This document shows, piece after piece, positions 52,206 through 64,000 of a stretch of DNA of 64,000 bases. A program made the position numbers and the translations under genes. Within the stretch, counting starts at the first letter, position 1. Each line of letters starts with the position of its first letter. The DNA is taken from NCBI RefSeq assembly GCF_009914755.1, contig NC_060925.1. One strand, given 5' to 3'. Under the pieces are notes generated by a model that was not told the DNA's origin, made no database searches, and saw only the letters and a program-made list of their open reading frames with translations. The DNA comes from the human T2T-CHM13v2.0 reference genome, Homo sapiens.

Positions 52206-54301
52206 GTTGGTTCCCACAGGCTGAAAGGGGAATTAATTTCACCAGAATTACTGCTTAAGACAGTTTTTAGCTCAGTATAAAGTAAAATATCTTTTGTGGC
52301 TTTGTAGAAATCTAAGTTTATGATTCCAAAACTTCATATCCACAAGATGAAACTCATTAGCTGATGATAAATTTAAAGTAGGCATCCAAAGCGATAAGAA
52401 AAAAGGAAATGCAAGAGCAAGTTACAAATAAATTTTAAATTTCTAACACTGTATGAAAGTCTTAAATCATGAAAATGAAATAGTAAACATCCAGCTATTT
52501 AGAGTCTTCTATACTATTCAGGATATGCAGCATATATGAACTTACTACTATCTCCTTGTTCCTAAAGTAATGTTCTTAGGCTTAATGTGGAAGCAACTAT
52601 GAATTGAAAGTGCACTCTGAACAAGATTTTCTGCTTATTCCAACAGCAGTGTTGAATTTTATTCATATCTATAATGATGTACTTTCATTTAAACATATAA
52701 TAATTGACGATTAATCACCCCTTGTTTCCACTAGGTATTCTGGGGTGTGTTAAAGCACTACTAATGATTATTTTATTTGTCATGACCTTCCTTGAACAAG
52801 TGGTGGAAACTCAAGTTAACTTCAGGAAAACAGAAATTTATTAGTTCCCCAAACCAGAAATTCCAGGAAAATTTCATGAAGTTATATCTCTATTTCTTCA
52901 TCTCTTAGTTATGCTTGTCTCTCTCTCTCTTTTAAACATTTTGGCATTATTATCATCTGCAGATGATGAGCTTCTTTTAGTAAGTTAATGAAAACTGGAG
53001 CCAGGGTTATATCTACCTCAAGGAAAGAAGTAGTCCTAACTTATTCCCACTAGCTTGTTCATTCATTCATTAAATATTGATTTAACCAATATGGATTGAG
53101 TGTCTTTTGTATCAGAGTAATTCTTTAAAAAATTCTGCTTTTATAGACCTAGATTAGGCTATGTATCAATTCCTGGACAGAGGAATAGGCTATGTTGATA
53201 GGCAAGTGCAATGTCAGGCACCTCCACATTGGCTGGGTGTGTAGAAAGCACTGTTATGTATATGGATTTGAAACAGTTCCTAAAAAAACAAAAAGAAGGT
53301 AGGTTTATCTCAGTTATAGGAAGGCAGGTTTATCTTCGTTATGATGGGCAGACAAAAACTCATAGCTATAGTATTTTACTGAACTAATGAGGGCCCTACA
53401 TAATTAATTATCTGGGTATAAGGTTCAAGGTAAGCTGACAAAAACATAAAAGATGAGAATCACTATAACTTATTTCATTTCTTTATTTAAAAAATTCTGT
53501 TTTGGAAAAAAAAAGCTTGATGAAATTTGCTTACATACCTTTTTATTTCTGGCTGGGTTCCTTACACAATTCCCTATGCTATTTAATTGACATGTGGCTA
53601 AAGCTTTGTGAGTCTTGTTGAACTTAACAGTTATATAATTTTCTTTGTATAATTTAAAAAAGGAAGTTCTCAAATGAAAGTCATAAAATAATTCAGCCCC
53701 CCACTCTCACCGTGCCCTACAAACGTACAGCTTAATTTTGTCCATCTGAACGCTTATATAATTCTAAATTTGTGTAAATACTCCTGTTTCCAACCCTTCC
53801 CCATTCCAATTTCACTTTGGTTTTATGTTTCAATAGAACAATTCTTTCTTATTCTTAAATTCATTATAGTCTTCCCTTGATTATCTCATTAATTCCTATT
53901 CTGTGTCTGGAAAGCAAATTTTTTTCTATTCTTTCTTATTTTTACAACAAATATATACTAACTACCAGTTAGAAACCAAGCACTTGGCTGAATTAAAAGA
54001 ATAAAGATTCTTTTCAATAAGATACTTTGTTACTTATTACTAGACTTCCTTCCCCACACCCCCATCTCCACTAGGTTACTATATATGGGATGATTCTGTG
54101 TGGTACAAATGTCAAACACATTTGGATGCACTCTACTAGATTTATATTATCTTTTAAAATTCCCACCCCACGTACCTGGAAATATTTATCCTTTAGGAAA
54201 GCATGCTGGGTAGTTTTAATCTGCTCATAGTTTTCTGAGAATTTTGAGACTTGTTTGTCCTCTGTTCATCTCTATCACACATCTCTGTCACATCTCTGCA
54301 G

Positions 54302-54459
54302 GCCACTGTAACCCATGTGGGTACTGTATGGGCTTTGCCACTGAACATTTCTTAATGAAGGAAGATCTGTTTGGTTTCTGTCGGTCATTCTGAAGAGACA
54401 AATATTCTTCTTAATAGGTGAATAATTTACAGGAGTCTTTTCTGAAGATATTCAGTGAG
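54302..54459 (+). pseudogene. Candidate relic exon, phase 1 to 0, (G)HCNPCGYCMGFATEHFLMKEDLFGFCRSF*RDKYSS**VNNLQESFLKIFSE
   Basis: catctctgtcacatctctgcag| ... GAG|gtaaca (alternative donor gtgaat at 54418); 158 nt; partly duplicated at 55619-55731. Confidence 0.5.
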
Positions 54460-54562
54460 GTAACATGCGTGACTCTGAAGTGCGTTTATGTGCTTGAGGA
54501 TGTTAACTGCCACATAATTAACAATATGTGACAGAAAATGCAATTTTCATTTACTTAACTAG

Positions 54563-54937
<375 letters not shown>

Positions 54938-55205
54938 GACTTTCTTAATATTTTGGTGGCATTCTTACAACACAGCTTTACCGTTATTTTTATCTTTCCA
55001 AAACTGGCTGTTTCCATCTATGGTATTCACTTTAAACAATAGCATAGTATTTCTCAAAATCAAGATTGACCATTTGAAAACTGAATAAAATAGCCACTTA
55101 ATTCTTTTCAGCTTTTATTTATAAATACTGATATGTGAGAATTTCCCCAATAAATTCACCTAATAAATGAAGAGTAAACAGCCGGAGGCAGGCAGTTCAT
55201 TTTAG

Positions 55206-55460
55206 AGGCTTGTTACATGATGGCTGGATGTTCTGACCAGCAAAATGGGGCATGGCTGGTTTAAAACAGGTTTGTGTTTCCTTGCTGATCATTGTTATGA
55301 AACCAGAGAGCTCATTTTGAAGCTCTATGAAGATTGTTTTGACAGCATGAATACAGATCCACCTACCGCCATTGATTTTGGACATTATAACATAAAATGG
55401 TCAATGTATTGAAAGAGAAATAGTGACATCTCTTCCCGACTTGGCTTTATATTGACCAAG
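55206..55460 (+). pseudogene. Candidate relic exon, phase 0 to 0, RLVT*WLDVLTSKMGHGWFKTGLCFLADHCYETRELILKLYEDCFDSMNTDPPTAIDFGHYNIKWSMY*KRNSDISSRLGFILTK
   Basis: ttcattttag| ... AAG|gtactt; 255 nt = 85 codons with only two stops, both TGA. Confidence 0.6.
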
Positions 55461-55780
55461 GTACTTTCTTTAATTACTTCAAGAACTTATTGTCAATATC
55501 AGAGGTTTTTGTGCCAGTTTTAAGTTCTGCAACATTAGGCAACCCACTTCACCTCTCTGTGACTCAATCATGGGACTGTGCTGCAGAATCTCTATGATTT
55601 ATTGTTGCTAAAATTTCTACCCATGCTGGTAATGTATGGACTTTGCCACCGAACATTTCTTAATGAAGAAAGATCTGCTGTTTGGTTTCTGTCAGTCCTT
55701 CTGAGGCAAGAAATAACATTCTTATTAATAGCATTATAAATTAATAGTACCCAGGCTGTGTTATATATATAACACATATT

Positions 55781-55814
55781 ACACACACACACACACACAC
55801 ATGCACGCACGCAC
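55781..55814. repeat. (CA)n microsatellite
   Basis: Seen directly. Confidence 0.93.
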
Positions 55815-55819
55815 AATCT

Positions 55820-55975
55820 CGTACTGCTCTTTACTTATTTATTTTCTGTGATTATTTTTTCCCTTATTTGACTAGTAAGTTCCTAGGTGGCCCATACTAA
55901 TTCTCTATTTTTGAAGTGTTCTTCTAGCCAGGGATGTGCACAGAGGGCTCAGTAAATATTTTTGGATGAAGATGA
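55820..55975 (+). mobile_element. L2 3' end
   Basis: gactagtaagttcc...gggctcagtaaatatttttggatgaa. Confidence 0.65.
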
Positions 55976-56042
55976 TGATAATTCGTTGGAATAATATTGA
56001 TGAATCATTAGGTTAACTTATGGTTTATTTCTACTTGCGAAG

Positions 56043-56153
56043 ACTTGGATATGGGAGAGGATAATGGTGGGATTTTTCAAATTATTGCCACTTGTCCTTT
56101 TGGTAGCAGATGCTCTAAACTCTACCCACTGAAGGCTAATCACTGTTAAACAC
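56043..56153 (+). pseudogene. Candidate relic exon, phase 0 to 0, TWIWERIMVGFFKLLPLVLLVADALNSTH*RLITVKH (a second frame is also nearly open)
   Basis: tttatttctacttgcgaag| ... CAC|gtaaga; 111 nt, one TGA. Confidence 0.4.
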
Positions 56154-58465
56154 GTAAGACTGTAATCTGGGGCTTTTGTCTGGTTGCAGGAACACACTTG
56201 ACCATGAGGCGCATACATGGTTCCAAAAGCTGCCTTTGACCAATGACAGAAGTGGTGGGACATAACTCACATAGTAGGGTTTCATTGTGCTGGAGTACAC
56301 GTCCACTCAAATTCTTACTGCCTGCCCATGTTTGCTATCATTTTGTTGGCAAGCCCACCAAATTACAAAGTGCTTGGTTTAAACCTTTCTGGCTTTTAAA
56401 TAGAAAACACACGGAATGATTGGAGTCCAACAGATTATTTATTCATGTCTTAGCATATTAACTTTAGTAGATTGTTTGCCTACTTTTCCTGAACTGGAAT
56501 CATTGAAGGCAAACATAGTTCTTAGATGAAAAGATGGGGGCAAAGTAGAAGAAAATAACAATTTGAAAGCAAGGAGTGCTTCAGGGAAAAGCAAGATGTT
56601 TGGGGCTATAAAATAAGGCATTTGGACAGTTTCTGTGTAGTGTGAGGAAGATCAGTAATATGGCAGGCATAAGAAACAAATTCTAAGATGAGGAACAAAT
56701 TAGATTCTTAATAAATGCGTAACTGTAAAAAGTATAGAAAGGAAGTTGTAATACCAGAAGTAAATTTGTTTACTTGTTTGCTTTGAGAAAATATATGACA
56801 AAAAAGATGCTGTTTTAATTTTATAAGAAAGAGTTTTAAAAAATCTTGGACAATTACTGTCCTAAAACTGAAATTGACTTGGTAATGAAAGATCAAATTG
56901 AGTTGCATATGCTTATTATTTCCTATTGGTTGACTTAAAGACTCAAAAGTTTGGAATAGGAAAAATAAGCAAAGGTGGATATTATTTTTCCCATGCTGCT
57001 TATAGAGGAGTTCGTTTACTCTAACCTTTTCCTGAAGATGATTATTTACTCTATTTTTATATAATTAAATCTTAATATCGTGGCTTATTTGAATTTAATA
57101 TGTTAGCAAGAAAACAAATCTATTATTTCATATTATCTTTCTTAATTTGTAAATATAAGGTTATATTAAGTGCACATGCATTTAGGCATGTCATAAAATA
57201 TATGTAAATTGCCAGATTATAGATAAATGCATCATTTTCTAGCCACACCTAAGTATGCATTATGGTTTCCTAAATTTGAAGGCCAGATTTGAAGTGCTAT
57301 TTTCTTCTGATTACATGGGAGGTGAATATTCATACTTAGCTTAGCTGATAAAGTCGATGTGTTCCATTCACTATGTATCTATTTATAGTATCTCTTAGAT
57401 ATTCCCAGAAAATGAAATGCATAACCTACTCTCTAAAAAAGTGCAATTAGAAGACCTATGCTCTATAAAGTTCTAATAACCAAATTGAATGAAATACTAT
57501 TATTATGGGATGGAAACATGCCAAATATTGACTTAATTACATTGTATTCACTATTCTTTTATGGGTTGAAAACTCAAAACAAAACACATTTCAACTTAAT
57601 ATTTTAAATGGTCCTTGATCCAGAGAGATAATGAGTAAGATAAAAATTTACAGAGTACCAATAATGGAAAACATAAAAGAAGACTGCTAATGTGGGCATA
57701 TGAGCTGCGTATGTGAATTTGATAAAACTGTGAGTCAAACGACCTAAGACAAATGTGAATGTGGCATAAAAAGAAATATTGAGAGCATCTGTCATATCAT
57801 TTCTATCTGTGAACAATATAGTGGCAATGAATTAAAAGCTGCCACTTTCAGTACATTCATCTACTAAAGCACTAGACTTAACAGTGTTTATGAATAAACA
57901 GCAGTTTACCCTAATGGCTTCAAAAATCAATCAAACAATTTGATATACTATGAGCTACTTGAAAATCTGATTGTGTAGCTGATTTTGTTGCTCTCTGTTT
58001 ACATAAATTACTTTTTATTTTTAGTTGTCTGTGAACCATTCCCTTAGTCATCTATCAGAAAAAAATGAAATATTTTGACACAAAAAGCACTCAGGAAGCT
58101 TCAGTGGTATCCTCTCCTGTAGTTTAGGACTACCCTGATGTAAGGCTCTGATTAATATCATATGGGAAGAACTATTACAACCCAGAAGTATTGATATTGA
58201 TCCCTGTTCCCATCTTTCTCAGAGTGAATTCATGAGATATTAATATTTGCATCAAGTGGATATCACCTTCTTCATATCTCTTGCTCTTAAGATATTGATC
58301 ATGCACTAACTCCTTTCTTTTCAATAACCGAAATGGGCAATTTCTCTGTGACATATGATTTTTCCTGATCCCTGCCTGTACTGATGCTAGCTCTGTTCTG
58401 TGATCCTTTCTTGTCTTGTTACTGAAATTTCTGGCCTCTAATTTGTTTAAACAATATTTAAAGAT

Positions 58466-58752
58466 CTGGGCATGGTGGCTTATGCTTGTAAGCTCAGCAC
58501 GTTGGGAGGCTGAGGCTGGAGGACTGCTTGAATCCCAGGAGTTTGAGACCAGCCTGGGCAACATAAAGAGACCTTGTCTTTACAAAAATTTAAAAAAATT
58601 AGCTGGGTGCAGTGGCACATGCCCGTTTTCCCAGCTATTCGGGAGGCTGAGGCAGGCGGATTGCCTAAGCCAGGAGGATGAGGCTGAAGTGAGCTATGAT
58701 TGTGCCACAGCACTCCAGCTTGGGTGACAGAATGAGACTCTGTCTTAAAAAT
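58466..58752 (+). mobile_element. AluJ
   Basis: ggaggactgcttgaatcccaggagtttgagaccagcctgggcaacata. Confidence 0.92.
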
Positions 58753-58789
58753 CCCACAAAACCCCAAAATCAAACATTTAAAGAGTGGC

Positions 58790-59260
58790 ATTGTTCTATA
58801 TTCCACAGAAACAGCAATTAAAAAACAATGAAGTCTTTGCTCCTGGAGTTTATTGTCTAGTAGAGGAGGACAGATATTAAGTAAATAAATGAGTTGCAGT
58901 GATATGGCAGATATAGACAACTGTCATGACAAAAATAAAGTAGGTTTGAAAGCAACTTTATATAGAATGGTAATTTAAATCTTCTCTGATAAACTCATTT
59001 TTGAACAAAGTCTGAAGAAGGTGAAGCTCCGAGGCATTCCAAAATCTGGAGGGAAGAAATTTCCAAGCCTATCAGCAGCAGGAGAAAATACCTTGAAGTA
59101 GAAGCATGCTTGGGAGGTTCAAGGAATTTAGCGTAGTGAGGGAGGGGACTAGTAGTGAGGACAGAGTGATACTGGGAGAGCTCAGGGAACAAATCATATG
59201 AGTTCTTATAGTTCAATGAGTTTTAAATGAGATGGAAACACATTGAAGGATTTTGAGCGA
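58790..59260 (-). mobile_element. L2 fragment
   Basis: tgctcctggagtttattgtctagt...gagatggaaacacattgaaggattttgagc. Confidence 0.75.
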
Positions 59261-59774
59261 AACCCTACAAACTCCCTAATCTTCCCTTCCAGTCACTACC
59301 GAGAGTAGCCTCTATGCTGACTTTCCATACCATAGCTTACTTCATCTTGCACTTGAACTTTAACATAAATGAAATTGAGCAGAGTGCCCTCTTGTGTGTC
59401 TAACTTATTTCACTCAAATTATACTTGAGAGATTTATTAATATTGTAGGACACAGTCATTATTTACTCATCTTCATTGCTGGACTTTCACTCTACAAATA
59501 TGCTACAGCATGCTTATTCATTTCATTGATGATTGACATTTAGGTTGGCTTGAGCCAACTTATATGTCTATATTGGACATATATTTGGATGAACATTTCT
59601 TTGGATGAACAGACGTATATATTTTGTTTGGGCATATACAAAGGAATAGAATTGCTGGGTAAGAGGTTACATGTATATTCAGTATTTAATAAATACTGTC
59701 CAAACAATTTCCAGCACGGTTGTAATAATTCATACTCCCATCAACAGTGTTTGAGAATTCTTGTTGTCCTGATA

Positions 59775-60255
59775 GTCATGTCTTTGTGTAATATGCTCCC
59801 CTCCTTTGTGTGTGTATAGGACCTTCTGACTTGCTTTAAACCAATAGAGAATGGTGAAAGTGATGAGATGTTACTTCTAAAATCAGATTGTAAAGACTGT
59901 GACTTCTGTCTTGCTGGCACTCTTGCTGTTTTGTTTACTTTCTCTGTTGAAGCCAGTTGCCATGTTATGATATGCTAGACTGAGAGGCCTATGTGACAAA
60001 GAACTGAAGAAATGAGGCCTTCAGTCCAACAGCCGATGAGAAAGTGAATCCTGCCAACAATCACTAAAGTGAATTTAGAAACAGATCCATCTTCATTTGA
60101 GCCTTGTGAGAGACTCAGAGTCAGAGGACCCAGTTAAGTACCTGGACTCCTGACCCATAGGAATAATAAGAGTATGTGAGATAAATAAATGTGCTATTAT
60201 AAATGCTTGCTATTTTAAGCTACTATATTGGGGTAATTTTTTAAACAGTAATAAT
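59775..60255 (+). mobile_element. MLT1E/F-like LTR
   Basis: gaagccagttgccatgtt...aggccttcagtccaacagcc...tcctgccaacaa. Confidence 0.8.
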
Positions 60256-60752
60256 TATTTCGCCATTTGGATATACTCTTTTGTGACACGCCTATACACA
60301 TCGTTTGCCCATTTTTCTGTTGAGTTATATGTTTTCTTGCTTATTTTTTTGCTTGATTATTTGTTTGTAGGAGTCATTTAAACACTCTAAACATGAGTCC
60401 CTAACATATTTATTGCATATATCTCCTCCCATTGTTGCTTGCCTTTTCACTCTTCTAATGGTTTATCAATTTTATATAGTCCAATTGATCACATTTTTTG
60501 CCCTTTATCATTAATGCTTTTTGTGCCTTAAGAAATTTCTGCCTACTTTGAGGTTATGAAGCTTTATTGTTTTACCTTTCACAGTTATATCTATAATCCA
60601 TCTGGAATTGATTATATTTGTGATGTAGGCTAGGTATTAAGATTTATTGTTTCTCACATGAATATCCAACTGATCTAGGAGAATTTATTGAAAATATTAT
60701 CTTTTCTGCATTGCATCAGAATATTACATTTGTTATAAATCAAGTGACTATA

Positions 60753-61716
<964 letters not shown>

Positions 61717-63219
61717 TAATAAGTCTTGATATCTGGCAGTAAATTCTTCTAGCTTTGTTCTTCTGTGAGTTGGCCTTGGGTATTTTTGGCCTTTTTTATT
61801 TCTATATAAATTTTAGAATCAGCTTGTTAATATTAACCAAAAACATGCTGGATTTTTATTGGGATTGCACTGTATCTATAGAATTATTGAGGCAGAAGAA
61901 TTGGTACTTTTACAATAATATGTCTTCTGAACAATATATAACTTAGAAAGAACTAAAATCAATTTTCTTCAAATTTGTCCGAAAAAACAGAAAAATACCC
62001 ACTTTGAAATTGTTTTATGAGACCAGTATAACATTGATACAAGAATCAGTTAAAAGTTGCAGATTCTAATATTGGACAAAAAATGATATTTAACAATATG
62101 CTGTCTGGACGCAGACAAACTTTCAGCTCTCTGGCAGCCTAACTAGGGCACTTTCCCTTGCTCCCATAAGGAGATGACATTTATTTGGCTTAGAAATGTA
62201 AAGTCCTGCCATGACTCCAGGTTATTATAATTCCTCAGGATCACAAGTTTCTACACATCTTTCTGAACAGGCTCTAGGCATCACCATTCCCTCTGAGATA
62301 AATCCTCGGACACAAAAGTGGAACTGAAGCTTCTAGACCTGTAAGAGATGACCCGACCTCTTTAGGTGTCTCTTTTGGAAAAGGAAAGAGTTCAGAGAAG
62401 GTAGAGCCAAGGTTTCCATCTTAACCATAATAATTCATTAATGCTGAGTGAACTCACCAAGAATCCCTGGGACATGCCCAGAGGATCTTGAGCCAGAATC
62501 ATCTCCCACCTCATGCTCTAAGGATCCACTGCAGATACTCTCATATGGGGACTTAACTCTTCAGTTTTTCTTCTTTTACTGTGCTATACTAGATAGATAA
62601 AAAACAAATATCCTTTCGGGCTCAGAGTTTAATATGCTATAAAAGAATGTTGTGGAAAAAAGTGAATAGGTTTTGGGAAAACAGGGGCATCTCCTTTTGA
62701 GGAACACTGGAAAAAGTTGTAGACAGAAGGATTACCCTGATTAAAAAATGAAGAGACAGGGAGAAAGTGAGAAAGTTACCACAGGGGTGCCAAAAAGCCA
62801 GTGGGCTCATCTTGGTAAAGTTGCCCAGAAGGAGAGAGGACCCATGTGAGTGTCCTGGCTAAGATCCTTGGGGTTCTTAGAAAGTTGTACCAAGCAGTCT
62901 CTTATATTTTCTGCACCCAATACCTACATCTTCTGCTCTGTCCTTGTTGAGCAACTCTCACAGATCCCCTGTGTGCTCACTGCTCACTGTCTCCTCCCTA
63001 CTCCATTAGACCAGGACTTTTAAAACTGTAAATAAGTGTTCAATGGGATTGTTGTAGGGAAGTATCCTTGGGCTTGTTCTTAAGGAGTGATGAAATAAAA
63101 CAGATACTCTCCGATCTGGAAAAGTAGTTGCAGAAAGTCTTATTATCTTCTCATTTTTTTGGTACGCTTACTAAGTAGTTATAATCACTGCATTCATAAT
63201 GACCTTTACCACTGGAGAA

Positions 63220-63503
63220 TTCCTTTTCATTCTTGAGGACTCAGCTGAAATGTTATCTCCTCTGAGAAGCTTTTCTTAATTCTCTCAGGCAGGATTTTTA
63301 ACTTACCTCTTAGTGTTCCTGTAGTCCTTTTTGTTTGGCTCCATTACAGATTTTGTCATGTTATTTTGTAATTATTTGTAAATTTTGTTTGGCTATCTGT
63401 ATCCAACTTGAGAACATCTCTTATTTGTATTTTGTATCCCCATAAATGGTACTTGACATATAATAGAATCTTAAAAACTGTTGTAGAATAAATTCATCCA
63501 TGA
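63220..63503 (+). mobile_element. L2 3' fragment
   Basis: ggactcagctgaaatgttatctcctctgagaagctttt. Confidence 0.7.
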
Positions 63504-63507
63504 AGAG

Positions 63508-63667
63508 CAGGGCTGGCTTCACAATTTGAAAATTCCAGTGCAAAATGAAAATGTGGGGCCCTTGTTCAGTAATTGTTAAGGATTTCAAGTTAGCAACCAT
63601 AGAGCATTAAATTGAGCTTGAGGTCCCCCTAATGCAGGGCTTTGTATGTTCATGAAGCTGGCTCTGA
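63508..63667. mobile_element. MER45-family hAT-Tip100 element
   Basis: TIRs cagggctggcttca / tgaagctggctctg; ccagtgcaaaatgaaaatgtggggccc. Confidence 0.75.
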
Positions 63668-63849
63668 TCACAGGTCAGTCTTGGATTCCACAAAATGTGC
63701 AGTGTGATGTAAATTCTACCATATTTTACTGGCTGAGCTGTAGAATTGATACTACTCAATAACATTTAATTTGCTATGTAAGTGGTCATTATAGCAGAAC
63801 ATTATAAAGAATGGGTCTGTGAAATTTATTGTATACACATACACACATA

Positions 63850-64000
63850 CATGTTGAATATTTCTTATCTGAAATGCTTGGGACCAGAAGTGTTTTGGAT
63901 TTCGGATTTTTTTTTTTCAGATTTTGGAATGTTTGAAAATACATGATGAGATATCTTGTGACCAGAACCCAAGTATAAACACAAAATGTATTTGTTTTGT
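63850..64000. mobile_element. Tigger4/MER46 (Zombi) fragment, runs off the window
   Basis: cttatctgaaatgcttgggaccagaagtgttttggatttcgg. Confidence 0.85.

Overview
Primate (probably human or great-ape) genomic DNA, AT-rich and CpG-depleted, with no intact protein-coding gene, no recognisable RNA gene and no CRISPR array. Roughly half is interspersed repeat: AluJ/S/Y, old and young L1 pieces, L2, MIR, MaLR/ERVL/ERV1/ERVK LTRs, an ERVL pol relic, MER5A/MER81/MER45/Tigger4, and a full-length Tigger1. The Tigger1 carries a MER11D-like solo LTR and an L1PA 3' end whose tail grew into a ~1.95 kb AT-rich compound minisatellite. The main unexplained signal lies in the unique DNA between repeats: about 19 AG...GT-bounded segments on the + strand (3.5 to 56 kb). 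Most join with compatible intron phases and read as protein-like sequence with scattered stops, many of them TGA. This looks like a decayed multi-exon gene (a unitary or unprocessed pseudogene) that the ORF track misses. I do not recognise the protein. Exons were found and translated by eye, repeat subfamily names come from recalled consensus sequences, and boundaries of old repeats are approximate.
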